This document shows, in pieces, positions 35,618 through 46,863 of a DNA stretch of 64,000 nucleotides (positions within the stretch are counted from its first letter, which is position 1; the number at the start of each line of letters is the position of its first letter). The DNA is from Alphaproteobacteria bacterium (lineage in GTDB: Bacteria > Pseudomonadota > Alphaproteobacteria > UBA828): NCBI GenBank assembly GCA_965221125.1, contig CBDCRW010000006.1:704001-768000 (forward strand), read 5' to 3'. The position numbers were made by a program, and so were the translations under genes. The notes under the pieces were generated by a model that was not told where the DNA came from, ran no database searches, and saw only the letters and a list, made by a program, of their open reading frames with translations.

Positions 35618-36949
35618 TCAAATCGGCTGGCGGCTGGCGACCTTCTCGCCCCTGACGTAGACCGCCCCCACGGCGCGGTCGTCGCCCAGCATCATCAGCG
35701 AGAACAGCACGTCCTCCAGGGTCTCCGACAGCTCCTGGCGGGCGGCCAGCACCGGCGTCGCCTGCGGGTCGAGGACGACGACATCGGCCCAGCGGCCGGC
35801 ATCGAGCGTGCCAATCTCGCCATCGAGGCGGAGGCCGCGCGCGTTGCCGAGCGTGGCGAGGTAGAAGCCGTCGAAGGCGCTGAAGCGACAGCCCTTGAGC
35901 CGGGCGATCTTGTAGGCCTCGGCGAGGGTCTGGAGCAGGGAGTAGCTGGTGCCGCCGCCAACGTCCGTGGAGACGCCGACCCTGACCGGGCGCCGGGCCG
36001 CATACAGATGCTCGATGTCGAACAGGCCCGAGCCCAGGAACGCGTTCGACGTGGGGCAGTGGACGACCATCGAGCCCGCCTCGTGCAGGGCCCGGCATTC
36101 GCGCTCCGAGAGGTAGGTGCCGTGGGCGAAGACGGAGGTCTCGCCGACGAGGCCGAAGCGCGCGTAGACGTCGGTGTAATCCCTGGACCAGGGGAAGAGC
36201 CGCTGCACCATCTCGATCTCCGCCACGCTCTCCGAGAGGTGCGTGTGGAGGATGCAGTCGGGATGGTCCGCGAGCAGCGCGCCAGCGAGCCTGAGTTGCT
36301 CCTCGCTCGACGTGATGGCGAAGCGCACCGTGAGCGCGTAGCGCAGGCGGTCCACCCCGTGCCAGGACGCGATGAGTTCCGCGCTCTCCCGCGCGCTCTC
36401 TTCCGCCTCCTGGGTCACGGCGGCAGGCGCGTTCCGGTCCATCATGGTCGCCCCGGTCGCGAGGCAAAGGCCGCGCCGCCGAGCGGCGCGAAAGAGGCAG
36501 TCGGCCGCCTGCCCGTGCACCGACGAGAAGACCAGGGCGCTGGTGGTGCCGTGGCTCACCAGCTTGTCGAGGAAGCGCTCGGCGGCGGCGGCGGCGTGGT
36601 CCTCGGCGGCATAGCGCGCCTCCTCGGGGAAGGCGAAGCGATCCAGCCATTCGAGCAGGTCGTGCGCGGGCGCCGCCAGCATGCGGTGCTGCGGGAAGTG
36701 AACGTGCGCGTCGATGAAGCCGGGCAGGATGACCGCGTCGCCGTAGCGCTCGCAGGGTGCTGCGGCATGCGCCTGCGGCAGGTCGGCGAAGGCGCCGTGC
36801 CAGAGGATGCGGCCCTCCGAGCCCACGACCACCGCACCGTCGTCGTGGCTGCACACTGCCTGCTCGGGACCGACGGCGCGGGGGTCGTCCCCAAAGCTCA
36901 CCGTGCGGCCGCGCAGCACCCGCGCTGCAGAGGTGGCGCCTGCCGTCAT
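35618..36949 (-). CDS. guaD: Guanine deaminase
   Basis: PGFIDAHVHFPQ, FPEE, RFAITS, HTHLSES, HCPTSNAFLGSG, TDVGGGTS, LGDDR. Confidence 0.93.
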   Translation of the reverse strand: MTAGATSAARVLRGRTVSFGDDPRAVGPEQAVCSHDDGAVVVGSEGRILWHGAFADLPQAHAAAPCERYGDAVILPGFIDAHVHFPQHRMLAAPAHDLLEWLDRFAFPEEARYAAEDHAAAAAERFLDKLVSHGTTSALVFSSVHGQAADCLFRAARRRGLCLATGATMMDRNAPAAVTQEAEESARESAELIASWHGVDRLRYALTVRFAITSSEEQLRLAGALLADHPDCILHTHLSESVAEIEMVQRLFPWSRDYTDVYARFGLVGETSVFAHGTYLSERECRALHEAGSMVVHCPTSNAFLGSGLFDIEHLYAARRPVRVGVSTDVGGGTSYSLLQTLAEAYKIARLKGCRFSAFDGFYLATLGNARGLRLDGEIGTLDAGRWADVVVLDPQATPVLAARQELSETLEDVLFSLMMLGDDRAVGAVYVRGEKVASRQPI

Positions 36950-37479
36950 CCCGCCACCCGATCCTCGATGCGGAAGCGCATGATGCGACAGACGTTCTCG
37001 ATCGCGGTCCCGATCTCGGCCTCCGCCCCGTTGGCGCTGCGCTCCTCGAAGGCAGCAAGGATCATGTCCTTGGTGGCACCCTTGACCGCGAAGATGAAGG
37101 GGATGCCGAAGCGTTCCCTGTAAGCGGCGTTGAACGCGGTGAAGCGCGCGTATTCCTCGGGAGTCAGCCGGTCGAGGCCGGCGCCCGCCTGCTCCCGGCG
37201 GGAATCCTCGGTCAGGTCGCCCGCGATCGCCGCCCGGCCGGCGAGGTCCGGATGCGCGCGCAGCACGGCGAGTTGCTCGTCCCGCGCAGCCCCGCGCAGG
37301 GCGGCGGCGAATGCCTCGGCAACCGCCTCACGGCCGGCGAAGGGACGGGCTGCGGCGGCACGCTCGGCGACCCAAGGCGAATGCTCCGCCACGTCGCCGA
37401 ATGCGGCGACGAAGTCGGCGACCGCCATGCGGTTGAGGTCGTCGGTGGAGAGGCGTGTGTCGGCCGCGCTGGCGCCCAT
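36946..37479 (-). CDS. uraD: OHCU decarboxylase
   Basis: EHSPWVA, AHPDLAG, SRREQAGAGL, YRERFGIPFIFAV. Confidence 0.93.
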   Translation of the reverse strand: MGASAADTRLSTDDLNRMAVADFVAAFGDVAEHSPWVAERAAAARPFAGREAVAEAFAAALRGAARDEQLAVLRAHPDLAGRAAIAGDLTEDSRREQAGAGLDRLTPEEYARFTAFNAAYRERFGIPFIFAVKGATKDMILAAFEERSANGAEAEIGTAIENVCRIMRFRIEDRVAG

Positions 37480-37483
37480 GGTC

Positions 37484-38662
37484 CTACCTGTTGTCGATCC
37501 AGGCGCCGAGCTGCTGGCGCTCCTCGTCCGTCATCTCGGTCTCGTTGCCGAGCGGCATGGTGCGGGTCTGGACCGTGAACTTGTCCACCAGCTCTGCATG
37601 CCGGTGCAGGTCGTCGATGCTCTCCAGCACCATGTCCTTGGGCGGCGTGTCGAAGCTCTCATGCGTGGGGCTCGCCGCGTGGCAGGAGACGCAGTGCTTG
37701 TCCACGATGGCCATGATCTCGACGTCCGAGACATCGAGGTCCGCCGTCTCCCGCTGCTGGGGCGAGGTCATCCACACGGCCGCGGCGAGGGCGACCAGCA
37801 TGACCGGCAGGGTCCAGGCGAATTTCGCGAACGGATCGCCCGCCTCGTGGCGGATGAAGGCGTGGCGCAGGCCGGCGCCGCCCACGATGACGAAGGCGAC
37901 GATCAGCCAGGCTTGCGGATGGGCGGAGAGCATCGGGTAATGCCCGCCCACCATGGTGACCAGCACCGGCAGCGTGAGATAGGTGTTGTGCACCGAGCGT
38001 TGCTTGCCGATGGCGCCGAATTTCGCGTCCGGCTCCCGCCCTTCGATCAGAGCCTTGGTGATCTTCTTCTGGTTGGGAATGATCACCGCGAACACGTTGG
38101 CCGCCATGAGGGTGCCGATGAAGGCGCCGACATGGATCATCGCGGCGCGGCCCGCGAACACGTTGGTGTAGACATAGGCCGCCAGGAGAATCCAGATGAA
38201 TGTTGCGATGGCGAGCAGCGTGGGCCGCTTGCCGATGGGCGAGCGGCAGAGGCCGTCGTAGACGAACCAGCCGACGGCGAGGCTGCCTGCCGAGATGCCG
38301 ACCGCGTGCAGGGGCTCGATGTCCAGCACCGCGGGATCGATCATCCAGGTGCCGGCGCTGAGGTAGAACTGGACGATCAGCAGCAGGAAGCCGGTGAACC
38401 AGGTGAGATACGCTTCCCACTTGAACCAGACCAGGTCGCCGGGCAGCTCCTTCGGCGCCACGGTGAACTTCTCGACGTGGTAGAAGCCGCCGCCGTGGAC
38501 CTGCCACGCGGTGCCGAGCACGCCCTCCTTCATCCTCTCGCGCTTCTTCAGCGCGACGTCGAGGGCGATGAAATAGAACGACGTGCCGATCCAGCCGATG
38601 CCGGCGATCATGTGCGCCCAGCGGATCAGGAGATTGAGCCAGTCGAGGGCGAAGGCGGCCAA
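37484..38662 (-). CDS. puuD: Membrane urate hydroxylase with C-terminal cytochrome c
   Basis: RWAHMIAGIGWIGTSFYF, VHGGGFY, WFKWEAY, RSVHNTY, heme motif CVSCH; TTG start with GAGGAG. Confidence 0.92.
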   Translation of the reverse strand: MAAFALDWLNLLIRWAHMIAGIGWIGTSFYFIALDVALKKRERMKEGVLGTAWQVHGGGFYHVEKFTVAPKELPGDLVWFKWEAYLTWFTGFLLLIVQFYLSAGTWMIDPAVLDIEPLHAVGISAGSLAVGWFVYDGLCRSPIGKRPTLLAIATFIWILLAAYVYTNVFAGRAAMIHVGAFIGTLMAANVFAVIIPNQKKITKALIEGREPDAKFGAIGKQRSVHNTYLTLPVLVTMVGGHYPMLSAHPQAWLIVAFVIVGGAGLRHAFIRHEAGDPFAKFAWTLPVMLVALAAAVWMTSPQQRETADLDVSDVEIMAIVDKHCVSCHAASPTHESFDTPPKDMVLESIDDLHRHAELVDKFTVQTRTMPLGNETEMTDEERQQLGAWIDNR

Positions 38663-38748
38663 GCGCGTCTCTCCTCGCGCTTACGTCAGCCGGCGCACCG
38701 CGCCTGCATCGCAGTAGGAACGGTACGCCGGCCGGTAACGGTAACGGA

Positions 38749-39819
38749 CTACTCAGGCAACGTGTCGTCGACGCCCTGGACGTACCAGTTGATGCCCGCC
38801 AGCGTGCCGTCGTCCATGACCTCGCCTTCGGCCACGGCCAGCGTGCCGTCCTGCTTGTAGACGGGGCCGGCGAAGGGGTTGAGCTCGCCCGAAGCGATCT
38901 TGGCCGCCGTATCAGCAGCCATCGCCGCCACGTCATCGGGCATGTTGGTGTAGGGCGCCATCACCACGGTGCCCGCGGCCATCCCGGTCCACGAATTCGC
39001 CGACTCCCAGGTCCCGTCGAGCACCGCCTGGGCACGCTCGACGTAGTAGGGGCCCCACTCGTCGATGATCGCCGTCAACTGCGCCTTGGGCGCGAAGTGG
39101 ATCATGTCAGAGGCCTGACCGAAGCCGAGCACGCCTTCTTCTTCGGCGATCTGCAGCGGCGCCGTCGAATCGGTGTGCTGGGTGATGATGTCCGCACCCT
39201 GGCCGATCAGCACCTTCGCGGCATCGGCTTCCTTGCCCGGGTCGAACCAGGTGTTGACCCAGACCACCTTGAGCTTGAAGTCCGGGTTGATGGTCTGCGC
39301 GCCCAGGATGAACGCGTTGATGCCCATCACGACCTCGGGAATCGGGAAGGACGCGATGTAGCCGGCGATCCCCGACTCCGACATCTGCGCGGCGATCTGG
39401 CCGATGACGTAGCGGCCTTCATGGAAGCGCGCGTTGTAGGACGCAACGTTCTCGGACTGCTTGTAGCCGGTCGCGTGCTCGAATTTCACGTCGGGAAAGC
39501 GCTTGGCGACCTTGATGGTCGGGTCCATGTAGCCGAAGGACGTGGTGAAGATCAGCCCCACACCCTGGCGCGCCAGCCGCTCGATGGCGCGCTCGGCATC
39601 CGGCCCCTCCGGCACGTTCTCGACGTACACGGTCTCCACCTTGTCGCCCAGCGCCGCGTCGATCGCGAGGCGGCCCTGGTCGTGGGCGTAGGTCCAGCCG
39701 TGATCGCCGATGGGTCCGATGTAGATGAACCCGACCTTGAGCTTGTCTTCAGCGGTCGCGGCACCCGCGGCGAACGTCATCGCCAACGCAAGCGCGACCA
39801 TTCCAATGAGCTTCTTCAT
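38749..39819 (-). CDS. BMP family purine ABC transporter substrate-binding protein
   Basis: Signal peptide; GPIGDHGWTYAH, TTSFGYM, WFDPGKE, QHTDS. Confidence 0.92.
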   Translation of the reverse strand: MKKLIGMVALALAMTFAAGAATAEDKLKVGFIYIGPIGDHGWTYAHDQGRLAIDAALGDKVETVYVENVPEGPDAERAIERLARQGVGLIFTTSFGYMDPTIKVAKRFPDVKFEHATGYKQSENVASYNARFHEGRYVIGQIAAQMSESGIAGYIASFPIPEVVMGINAFILGAQTINPDFKLKVVWVNTWFDPGKEADAAKVLIGQGADIITQHTDSTAPLQIAEEEGVLGFGQASDMIHFAPKAQLTAIIDEWGPYYVERAQAVLDGTWESANSWTGMAAGTVVMAPYTNMPDDVAAMAADTAAKIASGELNPFAGPVYKQDGTLAVAEGEVMDDGTLAGINWYVQGVDDTLPE

Positions 39820-39911
39820 GATGCCTCCTTTCACTTGAGCAAGTGTCCGTGCGGTGCAACGTGTCACGCCGCCAACGCCCACCGTAACGCGGCGGCGGCG
39901 TTACTCCCCAG

Positions 39912-40832
39912 CTACCTCTCGGGCGCGAAGGGCTGCCCGATCATTGCGGGCGTGTTCACCCGGATCAACGACCTGTTCCCTGAAATGATGACCAGCACCG
40001 CTATCGTGACGAGGTAGGGGAGCGACGACAATAGCTGCGACGGGATTCCGACGCCCAGACCCTGGACGTAGAGGCCCATGATCCAGACCGTGCCGAAGAG
40101 ATAGGCCCCGATCAGCAGACGCCCCGGTAGCCAGGTGGCGAAGACGACCAGCGCGAGCGCGATCCAGCCGCGGCCTGCGCTCATGTTCTCGATCCACTGC
40201 GTGGTGTAGGCAAGCGAGAGGTACGCGCCGGCCAGCCCCGAGCAGGCGCCGCCGAAGGCGATGCAGGCGTAGCGCACCCTGATCACGCCGTAGCCGAGCG
40301 CGTGGGCGGAATGGTGGTTGTTGCCCACCGCGTTGATGACGAGGCCGATCCGGGTGCGGAACAGCACGTAGCTCGTGGCCGCGACCAGCGCGAGCGAGAC
40401 GTAGACCAGGATGTCCTGGCCGAACAGGATCGGCCCGATGAAGGGGATGTCGGTGAGTAGCGGAATGTGGATCGACTCGAGCTTCTCCCCGGGCAGCCCG
40501 GTGAACCCCTCGCCGATCAGGCCGGAGAGCCCGAGCCCCAGCAGGGTGAGCGAGAGCCCGGTCGCGACCTGCGAGGTCATCAGGGTCTGGGTCAGGAAGG
40601 CGAAGAGCAGCGACGTGGCGATGCCCGCGTAGAGCCCGACCAGAATGCCGAGCAGCGGCGAGCCGGTCGTGTAGGCCGCGGCGAAGCTGCACACCGCGCC
40701 CATGATCATCATGCCCTCGACACCCAGGTTGAGGACGCCCGAGCGCTCCGTGACGAGCTCTCCGGTCGCCGCCAGCAGCAAAGGCGTGGACGCCGTGATG
40801 ATCGTCAGGATGACGGCTTCGAGGGCTTCCAT
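39912..40832 (-). CDS. Purine/nucleoside ABC permease
   Basis: GELVTERSGVLNLGVEGMM, AGRGWIALA, LPY. Confidence 0.9.
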   Translation of the reverse strand: MEALEAVILTIITASTPLLLAATGELVTERSGVLNLGVEGMMIMGAVCSFAAAYTTGSPLLGILVGLYAGIATSLLFAFLTQTLMTSQVATGLSLTLLGLGLSGLIGEGFTGLPGEKLESIHIPLLTDIPFIGPILFGQDILVYVSLALVAATSYVLFRTRIGLVINAVGNNHHSAHALGYGVIRVRYACIAFGGACSGLAGAYLSLAYTTQWIENMSAGRGWIALALVVFATWLPGRLLIGAYLFGTVWIMGLYVQGLGVGIPSQLLSSLPYLVTIAVLVIISGNRSLIRVNTPAMIGQPFAPER

Positions 40833-40863
40833 GGGTCGCTGCCTAGACCTCCCCGGCCATCGT

Positions 40864-41918
40864 CTAGTTGCGGACGAGCCTGATGCGGTAGCGGATCAGC
40901 GTGTCGCAGGCCAGGATCAGGAACAGCAGCATGCCCTGGAACACTTGCGTCGTCTTGTCGGAGATGCCGAGGATGACCTGCACCCCCTCTCCGCCCATGT
41001 AGCTGATCGCGAGCAGGACCCCCGCGAAGAACACGCCGATCGGGTTCAGGCGGCCGAGAAAGGCGACGATGATCGCGGTAAAGCCGTAGCCGGGCGAGAC
41101 GTGCGGCTGCAGTTGCCCGCTGGGCCCCGCGACCTCGCAGATGCCGGCCAGCCCCGCAAGCGCGCCGGACAGCATGAAGCAGAAGAGCACCACCCGCTTG
41201 CCCTTGAAGCCGGCGAAGGAGCCCGCACGCGGCGAGGTGCCGACGACGCGGATCTCGAACCCGCGCAGCGTCCGCCCCATCATGAAGGCGACGATGATGA
41301 CGGCGGCGATGGCGAAGAGGGCGCCGATGTGCACCCGTCCCTCGCCGAGAAGCGGCACGAGCTGCCAGCCCTCGAACAATATGGACTGCGGGAAGTTGTA
41401 GCCGTCGGGGTCGCGCCACGGCCCGCGCACCAGCCAGTCCAGCAGAAGCTGGGCAACGTAGACGAGCATCAGGCTGGTGAGGATCTCGTTGGTGGAGAAA
41501 CGGTTCTTCAGGAACGCGGGGATGGCGGCGAAGAGCGCGCCGCCCGCGATGCCGAGCAGCAGCATGAGGAGCAGGACCAGCGGCGATTGCCAGTCGGGAA
41601 AATAGATCGGGACGGAGGCGCCGAGCAGGGCGCCGACGGTGAGCTGGCCCTCCGCGCCGATGTTCCAGACGTTGGCTGTGTAGCAGACCGCGAGGCCGAC
41701 GCCGATGAGGATGAGAGGCGCGGCCTTGACGATCACCTCCTCGATCGACCAAGCGCTGGTCAGGGGATCGATGAAGTAGATGTAGAGCGCTTCGCCGGGA
41801 TCGAAGCCGAGGGCCACGAACATGATGGCGCCGAGGGCGACCGTGACGGCGATCGCCAGCACGGGCGAGAGGAACGCCATCAGCGTCGACCGCTGGCTGC
41901 GCTTCTCCAGCCTGAGGA

Positions 41919-41922
<4 letters not shown>
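40864..41922 (-). CDS. Purine/nucleoside ABC permease
   Basis: WNIGAEGQ, NEILTSLML, GYGFTAIIVAFLGRLNP. Confidence 0.9.
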
Positions 41923-43508
<1,586 letters not shown>

Positions 43509-43527
43509 TCGTCCCGACCGGCGCCGG

Positions 43528-44520
43528 TCACGGGGACGCGGCTTCCGCGCTCTCGGCCGCGAGCGCCATCGCGTCCCGGCGCCGCAGCAGGTCCGCAACC
43601 GTCGACGCGGCGATGACCGACGGCTGCTTCGCTTCGATGCCGTCGATGCCGATGGGGCAGACCAGCTTCCCGATATCGTCCTCCCCCAGGCCCGCCTGGC
43701 GCATGCGGCTGACGAAGCGGGCCTTCTTCGACGCAGACCCGATGAGGCCCACATAGGCGAAGCGCCGTGCCCTGAGCGCGGCGAGGACGACGTCGAAGTC
43801 GAGCGCGTGGCTGTGCGACATCACCAGCACGAACGCGCCATCAGGCACCGCGTCGAGCTCCGCTGCCGGCGCCGGCGCCACCACGACGCGCACGTCGCCC
43901 GGCACGATGGAGGGGAAGGCGTCGTCGCGCGGGTCGATCCAGACCACGCTGAAGTCGAGCGGTGCCAGCGCCACGATCATGGCGCGCCCGACGTGGCCGG
44001 CGCCGATGAGCGCCAGAACCTGCTTTTGGGCCCCGAAGCGCTCCAGCAAGCGGCCGTCGGCCGCGAGCGTGCTCTCTTCGCCGCCTTCCGGCGCGCGATC
44101 CAGAATGGTGCGCGCCACCTGCCGCTCGGCGATGCGGCCCTCGGTGGCGAAGGGGCCTGCGCTCTCGGCCTCGGCGAGCGCCTGCACCTCGGCGGATCGT
44201 CCGGGCGTGAACACTTCCAGGAGGATGCGCACGGAGCCGCCGCAGCACTGGCCGAGGTCGGGGCCGAGCGCCATTCGCTCAAGGCCCACCGGCGCAGGCT
44301 CCCCGTCCGCCCCGCCCTTCGCCAGCGCGTCCCGGGCGCGCGCGATCGCCTGCCACTCCAGCGTGCCGCCGCCGATGGTGCCGGCGAACGAGCCGTCCTC
44401 CAGCACGACCATGCGCGCGCCGGGCTCGCGCGGCGCCGAGCCCCTGGCCTCGACGATGCTGACCAGGGCGCAGCGCTGCTCGCTCTGGAGCGCTCGGCCG
44501 ATGGTCGCCCAGGTCTTCAT
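43528..44520 (-). CDS. xdhC: Xanthine dehydrogenase accessory protein
   Basis: GSAPREPGARM, TIGGGTLE, LGQCCGG, GAGHVG, GLIGSASK, CPIG. Confidence 0.93.
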   Translation of the reverse strand: MKTWATIGRALQSEQRCALVSIVEARGSAPREPGARMVVLEDGSFAGTIGGGTLEWQAIARARDALAKGGADGEPAPVGLERMALGPDLGQCCGGSVRILLEVFTPGRSAEVQALAEAESAGPFATEGRIAERQVARTILDRAPEGGEESTLAADGRLLERFGAQKQVLALIGAGHVGRAMIVALAPLDFSVVWIDPRDDAFPSIVPGDVRVVVAPAPAAELDAVPDGAFVLVMSHSHALDFDVVLAALRARRFAYVGLIGSASKKARFVSRMRQAGLGEDDIGKLVCPIGIDGIEAKQPSVIAASTVADLLRRRDAMALAAESAEAASP

Positions 44521-44529
44521 CGCTTCCCC

Positions 44530-46863
44530 TCACGCGTCCCGCATGGAGCGGATCGCGCGGACGATCGCTTCCGGCGTCGCCGGCGCATCCAGTGCCGGTA
44601 CCCGCCCGGGATTGAGGCCGGCGATGGCGTTCACGATCGCCGAGAACACCGATATCGCCAGCATCAGGGGCGGCTCGCCCACCGCCTTCGAGCGGTAGAT
44701 GGTCGCTTCCCTGTTGCCCTTGGACTTCCAGAGCGCGACGTGGAAGTCCGCGGGCACGTCGCTCGCGACGGGTATCTTATAGGTGGACGGCGCGTGAGTC
44801 GTGAGCCGGCCCTTCGCATCGAACACCAGCTCTTCGGTAGTGAGCCAGCCCATGCCCTGCACGAAGCCGCCCTCGATCTGGCCGATGTCGATGGCGGGAT
44901 TGAGCGAGTTGCCGACGTCGTGCAGGAGGTCGACGCGGTCCACCCGCATCTCGCCGGTGAGCGTGTCGATCGTCACCTCGGAACAGGCGGCGCCGCAGGC
45001 GAAGTAGAGGAAGGGCCGACCGCTCGCCGAGGCGCGGTCCCAGGTGAGCTTCGGCGTCGCGAAGAAGCCGGTGGACGACAGCGAGACCCGCTCGAGGAAG
45101 CAGGTTTTCGCCAGCTCGGCGAAGGGGATCTCCCGGCTGCCAACCGTGACCATGCCGCCGGCGAAGCGGACCTGCGCTTGCGGCACCTGATGGAGCCGGC
45201 CGGCGAGCGCGGCCATGCGCCCCTTGATCGTGGCGGCTGCGCGCTTCGCCGCCATGCCGTTGAGGTCGGAGCCGGAGGACGCGGCGGTGGGCGTGGTGTT
45301 GGGCACCATGTCGGTCTTGGTCGCGGTGATCCTCACCTGCTCGAAGCCGATGCCGAACTCCTCAGCCACCACCTGCGCGACCTTGGTGTGGAGCCCCTGC
45401 CCCATCTCGGTGCCGCCGTGGTTCACCAGCACGGAACCGTCGGTATAGACGTGGACCAGCGCGCCCGCCTGGTTGAGGTGCTTCAGCGTGAACGCGATTC
45501 CAAACTTGACGGGGGTGAGCGACATCCCCTTGCGGAGGAAGCGGTTGCTCTGGTTGAAGGCGGCGATCCCCTTGCGGCGCGCCTGGTAGTCGCTGGTCTT
45601 CTCCAGCTGGCTCACCAGCCGCTGGAGAATGCTCTCGCCGACCTTCATGCCGTAGGGCGTGACGTCCCGCCCGCGGCCGTAGAGATTGCGCTTGCGGACG
45701 TCCAGCGGGTCGAGGCCGAGGCGGCAGGCGATGTCGTCCATCATCCGCTCGGCGAGCATCATGCCCTGCGGGCCGCCGAACCCCCGGAACGCCGTGTTGG
45801 AGACGGTATCAGTCTTCACCCGCCGCGAGAGGATTCGCACGCTCGGGTAGTAGTAGGCATTGTCGGCGTGGAACATGGACCGATCGCAGACGGCCATGGA
45901 GAGATCGGCGGAATAGCCGCAGCGCGCGCTGAGCGTGCCGTCGACCGCGAGCATCCTGCCGCTCTCGTCGCAGCCGTAACTGTAGTCGACGCGGAAGTCG
46001 TGGCGCTTGCCGGTCATGATCATGTCGTCGTCGCGGTCGAGGCGGAGCTTGGCGGCCGCACCGGTCACGCTCGCGGCCAGCGCGGCGAGGCAGGCCCATT
46101 GCGCGGCCTGGCTCTCCTTGCCGCCGAAGGCGCCGCCCATGCGCCGGCACTCACACACCACCTCCGAATCCGGCTTGCCCAGCATGGCGGCCACGAGGTG
46201 CTGGATTTCCGTGGGATGCTGCGTCGACGAGAGGACGTGCATCGCCCCGCCCTCGCCGGGGAGCGCGAGGGCGACCTGCCCCTCCAGGTAGAAGTGCTCC
46301 TGCCCGCCCACGTGGAGCGAGCCAGAGGCGGAATGCGGGGCCCGCTTTATCTCCGCGCCGGGCTCGCCACGCAGGAACTGGTAATCGGGCAGGATCGTCT
46401 CGCCCGAGGCGAGGCCGGCCTCGACCGAGACTCGCGGCGCCTCCTCCTCCACCTCGATGCGCGCGAGGCGGGAGGCGCGGCGCGCCTCGTCCCGGCTGCG
46501 CGCCGCCACCGCGAAGACCACCTGGCCGTGGAATTGGATGCGGCCGTCGGCGAGGATCGGGTCGTCGCCGAAGACCGGGCTGCAATCGTTCGATCCGGGG
46601 ATGTCGGCGGCGGTGAGCACCGCCTCGACGCCCGGCGCGGCGCGCACCGCATCGAGGTCGAGCGTGGCGATGCGGCCGCGGGCGCCGTGCGGGGCGTAGC
46701 CGGGTGCCACGTGCACCAGCGCCGCGGGCTCCGGAACGTCGTCGACGAAGCGCGCCGTGCCCTGCACGTGCCGGGCCGCGCTGTCGTGGGCGAGCGCCAG
46801 CCCGACCGCGCTGCGGTCGTCGCCGGGCGCGGCCCGGTCCGTTTGAACGGCGTCAGGCGGCAC
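44530..46863 (-). CDS. xdhB: Xanthine dehydrogenase molybdopterin subunit
   Basis: HDSA..HVQG, QEHFYLEG, RMGGAFGGKE, AFRGFGGPQG, SKAVGEPP; GTG start with GAGGAGG overlapping the xdhA end. Confidence 0.95.
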   Translation of the reverse strand: MPPDAVQTDRAAPGDDRSAVGLALAHDSAARHVQGTARFVDDVPEPAALVHVAPGYAPHGARGRIATLDLDAVRAAPGVEAVLTAADIPGSNDCSPVFGDDPILADGRIQFHGQVVFAVAARSRDEARRASRLARIEVEEEAPRVSVEAGLASGETILPDYQFLRGEPGAEIKRAPHSASGSLHVGGQEHFYLEGQVALALPGEGGAMHVLSSTQHPTEIQHLVAAMLGKPDSEVVCECRRMGGAFGGKESQAAQWACLAALAASVTGAAAKLRLDRDDDMIMTGKRHDFRVDYSYGCDESGRMLAVDGTLSARCGYSADLSMAVCDRSMFHADNAYYYPSVRILSRRVKTDTVSNTAFRGFGGPQGMMLAERMMDDIACRLGLDPLDVRKRNLYGRGRDVTPYGMKVGESILQRLVSQLEKTSDYQARRKGIAAFNQSNRFLRKGMSLTPVKFGIAFTLKHLNQAGALVHVYTDGSVLVNHGGTEMGQGLHTKVAQVVAEEFGIGFEQVRITATKTDMVPNTTPTAASSGSDLNGMAAKRAAATIKGRMAALAGRLHQVPQAQVRFAGGMVTVGSREIPFAELAKTCFLERVSLSSTGFFATPKLTWDRASASGRPFLYFACGAACSEVTIDTLTGEMRVDRVDLLHDVGNSLNPAIDIGQIEGGFVQGMGWLTTEELVFDAKGRLTTHAPSTYKIPVASDVPADFHVALWKSKGNREATIYRSKAVGEPPLMLAISVFSAIVNAIAGLNPGRVPALDAPATPEAIVRAIRSMRDA

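Noticed and set aside
38720-38748. Short CGGTAA/CGGTAC repeats downstream of the BMP gene
   Set aside because: Two to three 6-bp units only; no array structure.
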